A stretch of 64,000 nt of DNA from an uncultured archaeon (GCA_963845175.1 CAWJRI010000001.1:6874-70873); one strand, 5' to 3'; positions 1 to 9,269 are shown, counted from the stretch's first letter. Numbers and translations are program-made. Notes: generated from the letters alone by a model not told the origin.

Positions 1-349
1 TTTCTATTTGCTCGTGATTGCGAACAATTTCTATACGATTTCACTGATAACTTAAGATACACTCCCTACATTGTCTTACTTGGGCACGGTGTTCAACATT
101 CTCATCTTCCATATCCTGTACCTCATATATTTTTCGAGGAAGTCCAGCGATAATTCGATCTTGAGTTGTAGATACCATAACGAGACACGCTCCCGCAAAC
201 CTTGCGGCGCAAGCTGAAATGTTGGCTCTGTCACGTTATCAATCTTCCGAAGTGTCAATCGTTGAATTCTTCTGTGTAATAATATTTGAACCATGGTTTT
301 GGATCGAACCAGAACTGCGAAGTGGTGTTATTTCCCGAATTAAACTGTT

Positions 350-798
350 TTACAAGCACCGCGTCAACCCTTTGACCATCACATTCGCGTGCCGTTGCTG
401 GTTTAGTCCGCCTTGTCGTTTAATAAGCGCGCGGCAAACGTAAAGATAATCCCAATTACGACGAATACGTACATCCACATTTGCAAGTTGCTGCGTGACG
501 AGATCCATATCCATCCTGCGCTTGCGCGTTTGTAACAGAATGTACAAAAACACGGTTGCGCTTGCTTCCCGAGAGACGACAATCGAAATAGCTGTGCTTC
601 ATCGACACCGAGAGAAATATCGTACAAATTCTGATTATTCTCAAGCATTTGTTCAAGATTGATCAGTTTATACGGAAACTTCAGGTGATAATTTGCATAA
701 ATGTTGCGTTTTCGCGTCTACCAGTCATAAAATAACATGCGCGTCAGTAAAACGCTCTTGCCGCTTCCCTTTGGTCCGACGATTATGCGAAGTGCCAT
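350..798 (-). pseudogene. P-loop NTPase (Zot / viral morphogenesis ATPase-like), disrupted
   Basis: ATG at 798-796. Walker A is IIVGPKGSGKS and Walker B is LGVDEAQLF. There is an in-frame TAG at 720-718. The sensible continuation (LLQTRKRRMDMDLVTQQLANVDVRIRRN) lies in another frame (ORF 350..553), and further fragments continue to about 76. Confidence 0.6.
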
Positions 799-1047
799 TC
801 ATTTTTCCTTTGTCACCGAAAATTCTGCCACTTTTCCGCGAGAGTTGTCAACAGGATTAACTCCGGTAAGCAGGTAAATAATTTTTCGTCCGAGAGCGGC
901 AATTTCTTCGACCTGCCATGATCCGTACCTGAAGTCGTCGGGGGATTGAAAGATTCTTTCAATCCTGATCTCGATACCTTCTTCTCGCTGCAATCGTTTT
1001 CGTTCATCTGGATCGAAGATCCCCGGCGCTGTTTTCTTTATTTTCAT
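799..1047 (-). CDS. hypothetical protein (virus-like block)
   Basis: 82-aa ORF. Its stop (801-799) abuts the NTPase ATG. Confidence 0.4.
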   Translation of the reverse strand: MKIKKTAPGIFDPDERKRLQREEGIEIRIERIFQSPDDFRYGSWQVEEIAALGRKIIYLLTGVNPVDNSRGKVAEFSVTKEK

Positions 1048-1585
1048 TGTACACGGAACGGCATTGATGCCATTGGTCCCATTCCACCGCCGCGTCCTCC
1101 GTGACGATGTTCTTCAAGCCCGGAAAGCTGTCAACAACTTCTTTGCGCGATCCACGGTTATGCGAAACCATGTTTGCGAGATGATGTTCGACGAATTTCT
1201 TCATACGTTCCGATTGAAACGTGTCGGCAATCTCATTAAGAACCGTGACCGCGCGTACTTCATCGCGCGTCATCTCGCTTTGCATACGAAGATCATCTTT
1301 ACCCATGAGCGCGATAATTGCTTTTGCAGTGTCGGAATCCGTTTTTTCTTCCGTTACGACATGAAAACCATTCTCTTCACCGTTTTCTGTTGCACCCGGA
1401 GATGGTCTTTCGATGCCGCTTGAAGTAATATTGTCGATATGATCGTCGGGAGGAGTTAAAATTTGTTCATCGGACGGTGTGAATGTACCCGGCGGTACAT
1501 CCTCATCGATTTTTTCCTGCATGTATTCTTCGAGTGCGTCAGGATCGTCGGCATAAGTATCAATTCCCGCTTTGTACTTACGCAA
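1004..1585 (-). CDS. Acidic hypothetical protein. It is probably joined by a frameshift to ORF 1456..1680.
   Basis: Asp/Glu/Pro-rich 193-aa ORF with a TTG pseudo-start. Its frame is open upstream and overlaps ORF 1456..1680 (MSRLDDIRARR...), which starts right after the stop of the upstream gene. The likely junction is at an A5/G4 run near 1610-1625. Confidence 0.4.
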   Translation of the reverse strand: MRKYKAGIDTYADDPDALEEYMQEKIDEDVPPGTFTPSDEQILTPPDDHIDNITSSGIERPSPGATENGEENGFHVVTEEKTDSDTAKAIIALMGKDDLRMQSEMTRDEVRAVTVLNEIADTFQSERMKKFVEHHLANMVSHNRGSRKEVVDSFPGLKNIVTEDAAVEWDQWHQCRSVYNENKENSAGDLRSR

Positions 1586-1681
1586 ACGTGCTTCGCTGAC
1601 AATTCGCCCCGCTTTTTCGGCTCTGCTACAGTAACCTCTTGGTGAATTCTGCGCGCTCGAATATCATCAAGTCGTGACATA

Positions 1682-2301
1682 TTACATCACCGGCGGAGGA
1701 GGCGTACCTGAATTTGTTGCTGTAACAACTGGTACAGGTGTTACCGGTACTATTGTTGGTGTCGGTGTTACACCCGGCTGTACAATCACGCCGCCGTTCT
1801 GTACTCCGATGAGTTGTGAAAGCTGCGCGCTGATATTTTCGAGAGACTGACCGTTCTTGTAGTTGAGATAACATCCGGCTCCTGCGGCACAAATTGCGAT
1901 AATCAGCAGCAGAGACGTTGTTTTCTGGAACTTTGTCTGTTCATTATTGCGCGGCAAGAGCTCAGCCATGGCACGAGTGCCCATAAAAATCGCGTCACCC
2001 AACTCTTCTGAGTGAAAGATGCTTTCGCTTCACGTCGCTTGATGGGTCTCGGATCATTTTCGTAAAAAGCAATCGCTTTGTACGTCGTTGAACCGATTAA
2101 TCCTTTCTTGTCATAGTCGAAGAAACAATCGGGATCGATGTAATACTTCTTCCGTACCGATCCATCGGGAGAAATCGATGTGTAAAACTGTTCACCAGCT
2201 TTCACTTCTCCTTCTCGCATCTTGTTATCGTTCCCGATTACGAGAACTTTGATCAAATCATCACTCATCATCATCACCTGACCGCTTTGTTGATTGTGCA
2301 A
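1682..2301 (-). pseudogene. Single-pass membrane protein with a Pro/Thr/Val-rich tail, split by a frameshift
   Basis: ORFs 1903..2301 and 1682..2002 overlap in different frames. Read together they give a soluble N-domain, a TM helix (SLLLIIAICAAGAGCYL) and a PVTPVPVV tail. Confidence 0.4.
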
Positions 2302-2563
2302 TATTTCTCGCTCGCATTAACCACATCCAGAAGAACCCTGCAACAGCGTATGCAATATTTTGTGCCCTGATTATCTGATAACCAGCACACGTTGACATCG
2401 CAATCGGTACATTGATTGAAGGACCGCCTGAAAATATGGAAGTGTAGTCTCCGCGCATGTAACAGAGACCCCAAAATACGACGAAATAAAGGAGAAGCGC
2501 AGCTAAACCGTCGAATGCGACAGGAATAACTACTTCTTCTATCACTTTACGTTTTACTGACAT
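2261..2563 (-). CDS. small multi-TM membrane protein
   Basis: 100-aa ORF with hydrophobic segments (LAALLLYFVVFWGLCY, AYAVAGFFWMWLM). Confidence 0.45.
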   Translation of the reverse strand: MSVKRKVIEEVVIPVAFDGLAALLLYFVVFWGLCYMRGDYTSIFSGGPSINVPIAMSTCAGYQIIRAQNIAYAVAGFFWMWLMRARNIAQSTKRSGDDDE

Positions 2564-2617
2564 GCTTTGCCTCTATGTCAACAGTTGTTCATCGTGCGAT
2601 ACAATAAAGTTAACGGT

Positions 2618-2914
2618 TTAATCTCCGGGTGGAGGTTGCCCCGTTTCTTTCGGTTTCATTTTTTCTTTTTCTATCATGAGTACCAGTATCGAGAAGATGT
2701 AATATATCGAAACGAGAGCGAATAATTCACCAAGCGTAATACCATACGCAACAATCACCGTTTTCACAAAGTCATTCGCGTAGATCATCGCTGCTAACAC
2801 GAATGAAACGAGCGAGAACACAAAATCTTTGTGTTTTTCTGCGAGCATGATGAATATTGTCCAGAACGACAGGAGAATTACTGCTCCCGCTGCCGTAAAT
2901 GCATCATAAACCAT
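2618..2914 (-). CDS. small multi-TM membrane protein
   Basis: 98-aa ORF with three hydrophobic helices. Its start overlaps the upstream stop by 1 nt. Confidence 0.5.
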   Translation of the reverse strand: MVYDAFTAAGAVILLSFWTIFIMLAEKHKDFVFSLVSFVLAAMIYANDFVKTVIVAYGITLGELFALVSIYYIFSILVLMIEKEKMKPKETGQPPPGD

Positions 2915-3420
2915 TACTTATCACCTCTGAACCACGGGAATAATCCTTCAACAACCTGCACGACGCGCACAATTAGCACCACTCCCATGAGCGTGAGCGG
3001 AATACCGAACAGGAAATTGAGCGGGAACGGTGCCGCAGGTATTACACAAGCAACACCGCCAACTGTACCGCACGTAACCGGCGAACCAACCCATATCCAT
3101 GTGAAGAGGAAGATTGAAGCTAAAGAAATTAAGAAAGCAAGTATTCCTGCGATAAAATTAACTATAGCAATTATAGCATCTATAAGCCATCCTACAAAAG
3201 TACCAACGGGACATACCCAATCTGTAAATGGGATTATTGGAGAACCACAAGAAGCCAATGATGGAACTATTATTGGTGTAATTACCGAAAACGTAAACGG
3301 CGAGGGAATGGTTGCTCCCCCAAGATCGACCATTGCCGCTGTTACGAACACGTAAACTATCGTAGCAAAGATGATCATGCTCATCGAGAGCTCAATTGCC
3401 GCGCGCGTTTTATCTTTCAT
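2914..3420 (-). CDS. multi-TM membrane protein
   Basis: 168-aa ORF, almost entirely hydrophobic, with Cys/Pro/Gly-rich loops. Confidence 0.5.
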   Translation of the reverse strand: MKDKTRAAIELSMSMIIFATIVYVFVTAAMVDLGGATIPSPFTFSVITPIIVPSLASCGSPIIPFTDWVCPVGTFVGWLIDAIIAIVNFIAGILAFLISLASIFLFTWIWVGSPVTCGTVGGVACVIPAAPFPLNFLFGIPLTLMGVVLIVRVVQVVEGLFPWFRGDK

Positions 3421-3423
3421 CGC

Positions 3424-5549
3424 TTACCGTCCCATCCCGCTTTCTGTTGGTGAAGCTTCGCCACCTCCGCCAAAAATATTCTTGGAATTAATTGCTATTA
3501 CTGCCGCTGCTATGATTGCGATAAGCAGGATCACGTAAATGTTAAACAGCCCGAGCGCGTACACGATGATTACACCAAGCGCGCCGCTGAAGATTGGCAC
3601 CGATCCCGGCAGGTTCCATCTGCGGAAGAGAACCATCGGCAGGAATGCGAATATCAGCACAATGATTACGCCGATGATGATCATTCCAAACGCTGTTGCA
3701 ATTCCGAACCATCCGCCGAGCCAGTTGCCCCAATTTGTCGGATCAAAGATGTTGTTGCTTACGCTTACCGTAGCAGTTGTCAACGGTGTTACAGCCACAT
3801 CAGCGGTCAATTTCGCATAGTACGTGCCCGTCTTGTCATCTGTACTGCCAAGAGGCATTGTCTTGAACGAATACGGCACTTTGTAGAGGAATGGTGCGCC
3901 CGGTGGATGATCTGCGAGAGTAAATCCGTTACTGTTGTACACGAGTTCTGTTCCACCACCCGGTAGATTATGATACACACTTACGTTCACGTAACTGTAC
4001 CCGGCTGTGAGATACGAGATCGGAACAGAGACGTACACGTACGGATTGTCGGTTGTTGAGTACGAGGTTGCCGTAGATGCATCGGGCTTTGCCATTCGCA
4101 GGAAACCAACCATGTTCACATTCGTCAAATAGAAATCTGCTCCCGCTGGCGGAGAAATGCTTGTTACAAGGCTTACCGGATGAGCATTAAACGTAGCAGG
4201 CTCTTGTCAATAAAGCCCGTGCTTGACGCATTGAGATTTCCAATAACAAACAACTTCGAGATCGTATAGTCGTACGCATTGAGAGCATGATTCTGTGTCT
4301 CTCCCGTGATGAAATCGGTCATCTTCTCCGTTAACGTAAACACACTTGTAGTGTAGTTTGCGTTAAATTCGTGGTACGGAGGAACTCCAACACCCGGCTG
4401 TACCGTTGTGTTTACAACCTGTATCATCGGACGATAATATGACGTTGCGTACAGTGAACCCGTCGTACACGAATGTTACTGCGTCGGTATCAGTAAGCGA
4501 CGCGCCAGATACGAGCGTTGCAGGTAGATGATCAGCGGTTGTAATCGCAAGCGACGTTGCGTGCCATGCAACCGTGACAGGAATGCTCGTGAAGTACGTA
4601 TAATTCGCGCCATGCGTGCCGTAAATCCAGAGATTTGTGTCAGCCGGTCCATTGATTACCGTGTCGGTTGAAAGATTGAACGTACTTTGTCCAATATCCG
4701 AAGCCTGAATTGGCGATGGTGGCAATCCCGGCGCTGTTAACGAACCAGAGAACGCACATACTGAGCTTCCCGCTCCCGCTGCAACAGGATTTGCACAGAG
4801 AGCGAACCAATATCTTCCCGAAGTCGTGTTGTGCGTCAATATTCCGTACGTGTCGTATCCTGATGGAATGTTTGCCCATGCGAGCGTGTCGTACCCGGCA
4901 CCGAGATAGATTTTATTTGCTGCCGGTGCTGAAATTGAGACCGTTGGTGTACCCGGCGGTGGTGTTGGTGTCGGTGTTGGTGTTGGAGCGGTGCCAACGT
5001 ACATGAATGACGATGAAATGGTTGTACCGCCATTACCATCGGTCAAATACATGTACCAGTAACCGATCTGATCCGTATAATACGTCGCGCTACCTGAAGC
5101 CGCAACCGATGAATTAAAGAAATTACCATCGGGTTTCTGTACGTCGATATACGGTGAAGCAAGTCCCGTTGACGACCACGAATACGGCGCATAAGTATTC
5201 AAATAGCCCGGTGGAGTTGTCCATGAAACAGTACCAACATTTGAAATCGAAATCGTGCTTGATGAAAGCAATGAACCGTAGTAACCATACATGTAATACG
5301 TCCAGACACCGTTTGCCGATACTGTCTGTACTCCACTGCCACCAGCACCGCTCACGCTCGTATTCGACCATCCGCCGCCCGGTATCGAAAGATTAAGGAA
5401 ATAAGTATTCCCGGTAATTCCTTCATGTGTAAACGAGAATGATTGGTCTGATCCGTACAATCCAGTCGGGTTTGCCCACGCGATATTACCATATTCCGTA
5501 ATTTCGCTTACGGTAAGAGCGCTGATTGAATAAACGAGACCTCATACAT
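3424..5549 (-). pseudogene. Large spike/adhesin-like structural protein with C-terminal TM anchors, interrupted by 2-3 frameshifts
   Basis: ORFs 4363..5460, 4173..4427 and 3424..4128 are consecutive, overlapping open frames. The frame of 4363..5460 stays open to 5541 and a candidate ATG lies at 5549-5547 in another frame. There is a TPTPTPTPTPPPGTPT linker, and the C-terminus has TM helices (IIGVIIVLIFAFLPMVLF, LLIAIIAAAVIAI). Confidence 0.5.
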
Positions 5550-5567
5550 GTTCCATTGGCAGTTATT

Positions 5568-5575
5568 TATTTAAA
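5568..5575 (-). promoter_or_regulatory. TATA box (TTTAAATA) for the spike-like gene
   Basis: The reverse complement of tatttaaa lies 18 nt upstream of the candidate ATG at 5549. Confidence 0.35.
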
Positions 5576-5648
5576 CTTTTCAGTCAGGCACGTAAGAATC
5601 ACGGGAATAAATCGCGTGAGGAATTATGGGCTTAATATTCACAATCTT

Positions 5649-5656
5649 TTTAAATA
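5649..5656 (+). promoter_or_regulatory. TATA box (TTTAAATA) for the thioredoxin-CcdA gene
   Basis: tttaaata lies 20 nt upstream of the GTG start at 5677. Confidence 0.35.
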
Positions 5657-5676
5657 GTCATATATGAACTAGTGCT

Positions 5677-6777
5677 GTGAAAGCCAAAATACTGATACCT
5701 TTTATGCTGCTGCTTCTTGCCAGCGTTGCCTATGCGCAGGATGAGAAAACCTGTTTATATTTCTTCTACGGAAACGGTTGCCCGCACTGCGCAAGGGTTG
5801 AGCCGCTGATTAACCAGCTTGGCCAGAGGGCTGATTTAGATGTGAAGCAGTTTGAAATCTATTATGACCGGGAGAATGTCAATCTGCTCCAGCAGTATTT
5901 TGACTCATACAATGTCCCTGAAGATCAAAGAGGGATTCCGGCTGTGTTCATCGGAAACACATACCTGTCAGGCGACACGCCGATTCTCGACAAGCTTGAA
6001 AAGGTGATAAAACAAAATAATGGCTCCGCATGCCCGGTGGTTGGCCAGAACAACAAGACAGGAATAAGCGGGCCGTCATCGCCGACATCGCAGGCAGTTC
6101 ATACATTATCAATCATGACAGTTATAGGCGCCGCAATTGTTGACTCAATCAACCCCTGCGCAATCGCTGTTTTGTTAATCCTGCTTGGAACTCTTCTCAA
6201 GGCAGGAGACAGGAAAAGGGCACTGTACTCGGGCATAGCATTCATTGTTTCAATTTATATTGTCTACTTCCTCTTCGGGCTTGGAGTTTTCCAGGCACTA
6301 AGGGTTTCCGGACTGTCGTTCTGGTTCTATAAACTTATTGGTGTAATTGCAATCCTGATTGGTCTTGCAAATCTGAAGGACTACTTCTGGTACGGCAAGA
6401 TTTTCGTGACAGAGATACCGAGGAAATGGAGGCCGACACTGCAGAGGATGCTCAAGCATGTCACTTCGCCCCTAGGCGCATTTGTCATGGGCTTTGTCGT
6501 CTGCCTCTTTGAACTGCCCTGCACAGGCGGTCCATATTTGTTTGTCCTTGGTCTGCTGGCTGAAAAGACAACACAGATTATTGCAATCCCGACATTGCTC
6601 CTGTATAATTTATTTTTCGTGCTTCCGCTTATACTGATAACTGTATTCATATTCATCGGCCGCACAAACATTGAGAAGACAAATGCCTGGAGGGAAAAGA
6701 ATTTAAGGGTGCTTCACCTGATAGCAGGAATAATAATGCTCGCGTTGGGATTGTTTGTTGTAACAGGAATTCTTTAG
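5677..6777 (+). CDS. Secreted thioredoxin-like domain fused to a CcdA/DsbD-type thiol:disulfide electron-transfer membrane domain
   Basis: Signal peptide, a CPHC thioredoxin motif, then a multi-TM domain with the two CcdA Cys motifs (DSINPCAIAVLL and FELPCTGGPYLF). Confidence 0.75.
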   Translation: MKAKILIPFMLLLLASVAYAQDEKTCLYFFYGNGCPHCARVEPLINQLGQRADLDVKQFEIYYDRENVNLLQQYFDSYNVPEDQRGIPAVFIGNTYLSGDTPILDKLEKVIKQNNGSACPVVGQNNKTGISGPSSPTSQAVHTLSIMTVIGAAIVDSINPCAIAVLLILLGTLLKAGDRKRALYSGIAFIVSIYIVYFLFGLGVFQALRVSGLSFWFYKLIGVIAILIGLANLKDYFWYGKIFVTEIPRKWRPTLQRMLKHVTSPLGAFVMGFVVCLFELPCTGGPYLFVLGLLAEKTTQIIAIPTLLLYNLFFVLPLILITVFIFIGRTNIEKTNAWREKNLRVLHLIAGIIMLALGLFVVTGIL

Positions 6778-6809
6778 GATTGAAACTGCGCCAAAATTCT
6801 AAAAAAGAT

Positions 6810-7217
6810 TCACTGCACAACAAAAGACTCTATTCCTTTTTCAGTTTTGTATGTCCTTAATTTTTCAGGCATCTCATCAATTATATACCACTGGGGCAAA
6901 TTGTTTGTTGTCAGCGTAATAACTCTTATGCCGTCCATAATTATTGAAGAAACATAAATCTGATCGTCTGACAGATAATTCATTAGCTCTTTCATCGCAT
7001 CACGCCTCTGGCCCATGTCCTGCCCCGTTGTCACAATTATGCAGCAGTTTTTTATTGCCATTAATTTTTCAGGCTCGCCCCCAATCGCTTCCTCCAGCGT
7101 TTCTTCAGAAACAGGCTTCATAATCTTTTCTTTTAGTTTTTTCTCTTTGAGTTTTTTGATTACTTTTATCAGTTTCAGCACTTCATTATTATAGCCCATT
7201 TTGTCATCATAGCCCAT
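6810..7217 (-). CDS. hypothetical protein
   Basis: The ORF track starts at TTG 7283. I prefer the ATG at 7217 because an AT-rich TATA-like box (7241-7252) lies about 23 nt upstream. No recognisable motifs. Confidence 0.4.
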   Translation of the reverse strand: MGYDDKMGYNNEVLKLIKVIKKLKEKKLKEKIMKPVSEETLEEAIGGEPEKLMAIKNCCIIVTTGQDMGQRRDAMKELMNYLSDDQIYVSSIIMDGIRVITLTTNNLPQWYIIDEMPEKLRTYKTEKGIESFVVQ

Positions 7218-7386
7218 GAAAAACAATAAAGGCGCCGGATTTTTATATTTTTGGCAAGATTTAAAAAGAGTGATTTTTAACAATGGTATATGCTCCTATA
7301 CATACTGGTTTCAGTAATTATTGTAAGCCTGCTGTCTTTCACAGGGCTTGTTTTCATATCGATGAGGCAGAAGACGCTTGACAGGA

Positions 7387-7758
7387 TTATTCTTTGCACT
7401 TTGTGCATATTCCATACACATCTATCTGGAAATGGCAGACATCTTCCTTGATGTTATTTTTCAGGAAATCAACCTTTTTAATTGAGAAATGAGTTGTTTT
7501 TCCGCATTTTGTGCATATGAAATGGCAGTGGTTGGCAGTTTTTGATGAGTATACTTTTCTTCTGTTGCATTGGTAAGAGTGTATATGTTCTTTTTTGGAT
7601 GTGTCATTCAGAAATCTATAGACTGTCGCTATCCCTATGCGGTCATCTTTCTTTTTCACTCGGTCATAGAGCTCTTTTGCGTTGAAGAAAGTATTTATTT
7701 TATTGAATTCCTGTTTTATTAGCTCTTTCTGTTTAGTGTTTCTGTCTTTTCTTGGCAT
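7387..7758 (-). CDS. zur: Fur-family metal-responsive repressor, probably Zur
   Basis: N-terminal winged helix (RIGIATVYRFL), a HxH-type metal site and two CxxC pairs (CTKCG, CTKCK). It is divergent from a ZIP transporter gene. Confidence 0.75.
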   Translation of the reverse strand: MPRKDRNTKQKELIKQEFNKINTFFNAKELYDRVKKKDDRIGIATVYRFLNDTSKKEHIHSYQCNRRKVYSSKTANHCHFICTKCGKTTHFSIKKVDFLKNNIKEDVCHFQIDVYGICTKCKE

Positions 7759-7787
7759 TTTAACAGACTAATTTTGCCCTCATCTTC

Positions 7788-7811
7788 TTATTGATAATGA
7801 GAATCAATAAC
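7788..7811. promoter_or_regulatory. Fur/Zur-box palindrome in the divergent zur-ZIP promoter
   Basis: TTATTGAT-N7-ATCAATAA is a perfect 8-bp inverted repeat. The stretch 7793-7811 (GATAATGAGAATCAATAAC) matches 16 of 19 positions of the classical Fur box GATAATGATAATCATTATC. Confidence 0.6.
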
Positions 7812-7846
7812 ATATTTAAATAATTATGTTTTATTGACTGATTATT

Positions 7847-8566
7847 ATGAATAAACTGATTATTTTGCTAGCATTGGCAACTTTTTTCTCTACATTGATT
7901 GGCGGAGCAGTTATCATTAAGCTTAGAAAATATCTGCCTTACTTTTTCGCATTTGCTGCAGGCAGCCTGATTGCTGTCTCATTTCTTGACCTGTTGCCTG
8001 AAAGTCTGGAGATTTCCAATAAAATCAATCTGCCAGTTCGTTTTGTCATGCTGACAATTGTGGCTTCTTTTTTCTTTTACAGCCTGCTGGAGCGTTTCTT
8101 TTTGACCCATGAGATGGACAGCCATAACATTCATGGTCACATAATGGGCCCTATTGGTGCGGGCAGTTTAGTCATCCATAGTTTTTTGGATGGTGTGGCG
8201 ATAGGCGCGGCATTTCAAGTGAATGCGTCAATTGGCTTGATTGTGGCGCTTGCAGTTATTTTACATGATTTCACAGATGGGATAAATACAGTCACTATTA
8301 TGCTGAAGAACAGGCATCAGATAGGAAAAGCCATTGTTTTTCTTGTGCTGGATGCATTGGCGCCAGTCTTAGGCGTATTGGCTACCGCTTTGGTAGCCCT
8401 GCCTGAAAGTGTGCTTGCGATTGTCCTTGCAATATTTGTTGGGGAGTTTTTGTACATCGGCGCATCAACTCTATTGCCCGAGACGAGGAATCATCCTTCT
8501 AGGGGAATAATTGTTGCCATGGCCCTCGCAATTGTTTTAATAGCCGTGCTGACTTCACTTGTTTGA
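7847..8566 (+). CDS. zupT: ZIP-family zinc/metal transporter (ZupT-like)
   Basis: Multi-TM protein with a His-rich loop (HEMDSHNIHGH) and ZIP signature segments (HSFLDGVAIG, LHDFTDG, GEFLYIGA). Confidence 0.8.
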   Translation: MNKLIILLALATFFSTLIGGAVIIKLRKYLPYFFAFAAGSLIAVSFLDLLPESLEISNKINLPVRFVMLTIVASFFFYSLLERFFLTHEMDSHNIHGHIMGPIGAGSLVIHSFLDGVAIGAAFQVNASIGLIVALAVILHDFTDGINTVTIMLKNRHQIGKAIVFLVLDALAPVLGVLATALVALPESVLAIVLAIFVGEFLYIGASTLLPETRNHPSRGIIVAMALAIVLIAVLTSLV

Positions 8567-8670
8567 GTTATCAGAAAGTATGGGCAAGGCTATCAACCAA
8601 TTTTTTATTTATCATTATTGTTGGTATTGGTCTGATGTGGGCGCTGAAGCTCGCGTTTGCTTAAAAAACC

Positions 8671-8991
8671 TTATCTCGGCAAATAAGCTTCTATGCGTAT
8701 TGAATTTTTGCCGTCGATTCTTACAAAGAAACCATAGCTGTCATTGGGAGGCATCCGGAACATTTCAGTCACGCAGCCTTTTAATTTTTCCCTGACATAT
8801 CCTCCAAAGCTTATGTAGCCTATTCTTTCCGCAAGGTCAGAATTAAGGTGGATTACGCCGTCCTCAATTTTTTCAATCCTTGGGTTTTTCAGCTTGTCCA
8901 GGCTCATTATCCTTGAAAGCGCAGCTATCTGCTCCATATTTATTTTATGGTGCCTTAAAATAAAATCCAATGCTTCCTGGGTGCTAACCAT
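8671..8991 (-). CDS. hypothetical protein
   Basis: 106-aa ORF with no recognised motif. Confidence 0.4.
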   Translation of the reverse strand: MVSTQEALDFILRHHKINMEQIAALSRIMSLDKLKNPRIEKIEDGVIHLNSDLAERIGYISFGGYVREKLKGCVTEMFRMPPNDSYGFFVRIDGKNSIRIEAYLPR

Positions 8992-9080
8992 GTAATTTGG
9001 GTGCAGCAGCTCGTATATAACCTTTTTCCAAAAAATTTATAAACAAAAACGCCCAAAGCCAAGCCAGAAGAGGTGACAAT

Positions 9081-9269
9081 ATGGCTGAAAAAAGGCTTTG
9101 CATGAGCTATGAACAGGTTGAGAGCATAGAGGGCGACATAAGGGACATTCTCAACTGGATAGAGACCTTCAAGCAGGAATATGATGTTCCAGCTGAAATG
9201 GAGAAGATACTGAACAAGAAGCTCGGGGCGCTTGCAAAGAAAGTCGGAAGCGCGAAAGTGCTGAAATAA
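9081..9269 (+). CDS. small hypothetical protein
   Basis: 62-aa helical, charged ORF with a GAGGTG Shine-Dalgarno-like element upstream. Confidence 0.35.
   Translation: MAEKRLCMSYEQVESIEGDIRDILNWIETFKQEYDVPAEMEKILNKKLGALAKKVGSAKVLK

Larger units (their letters stand above)
1..5575 (-). mobile_element. Virus-like (pleolipovirus- or inovirus-style) morphogenesis block, apparently decayed. It runs off the left window edge.
   Basis: All ORFs are on the minus strand and tightly abutting. The order is a large C-terminally TM-anchored protein, several small multi-TM proteins, then a P-loop NTPase. Spot-counted GC is higher and CGN Arg codons are commoner than in the rest of the window. There are at least seven frame disruptions. 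Confidence 0.45.

Noticed and set aside
718-720. The in-frame TAG might be a pyrrolysine codon.
   Set aside because: No pyl genes are visible, and the same gene also carries frameshifts. A nonsense mutation or sequencing error is more parsimonious. It is kept as a low-interest finding only.
2831-3355. Long plus-strand ORF (174 aa) opposite the multi-TM genes. Similar shadow ORFs occur at 24492..25001, 34430..34972, 36243..36725, 51192..51743 and 55358..55924.
   Set aside because: Each lies entirely antisense to, or out of frame within, a gene with clear family motifs. Their composition is low-complexity or biased (Arg/Gly-rich or Ser/Phe-rich). They are treated as non-coding shadow frames.
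5541-5676. An assembly chimera junction between the virus-like block and the host genes.
   Set aside because: The spacer looks like a normal divergent promoter region with matching TTTAAATA boxes for both flanking genes. A chimera is therefore not the favoured explanation, although only read mapping can exclude it.
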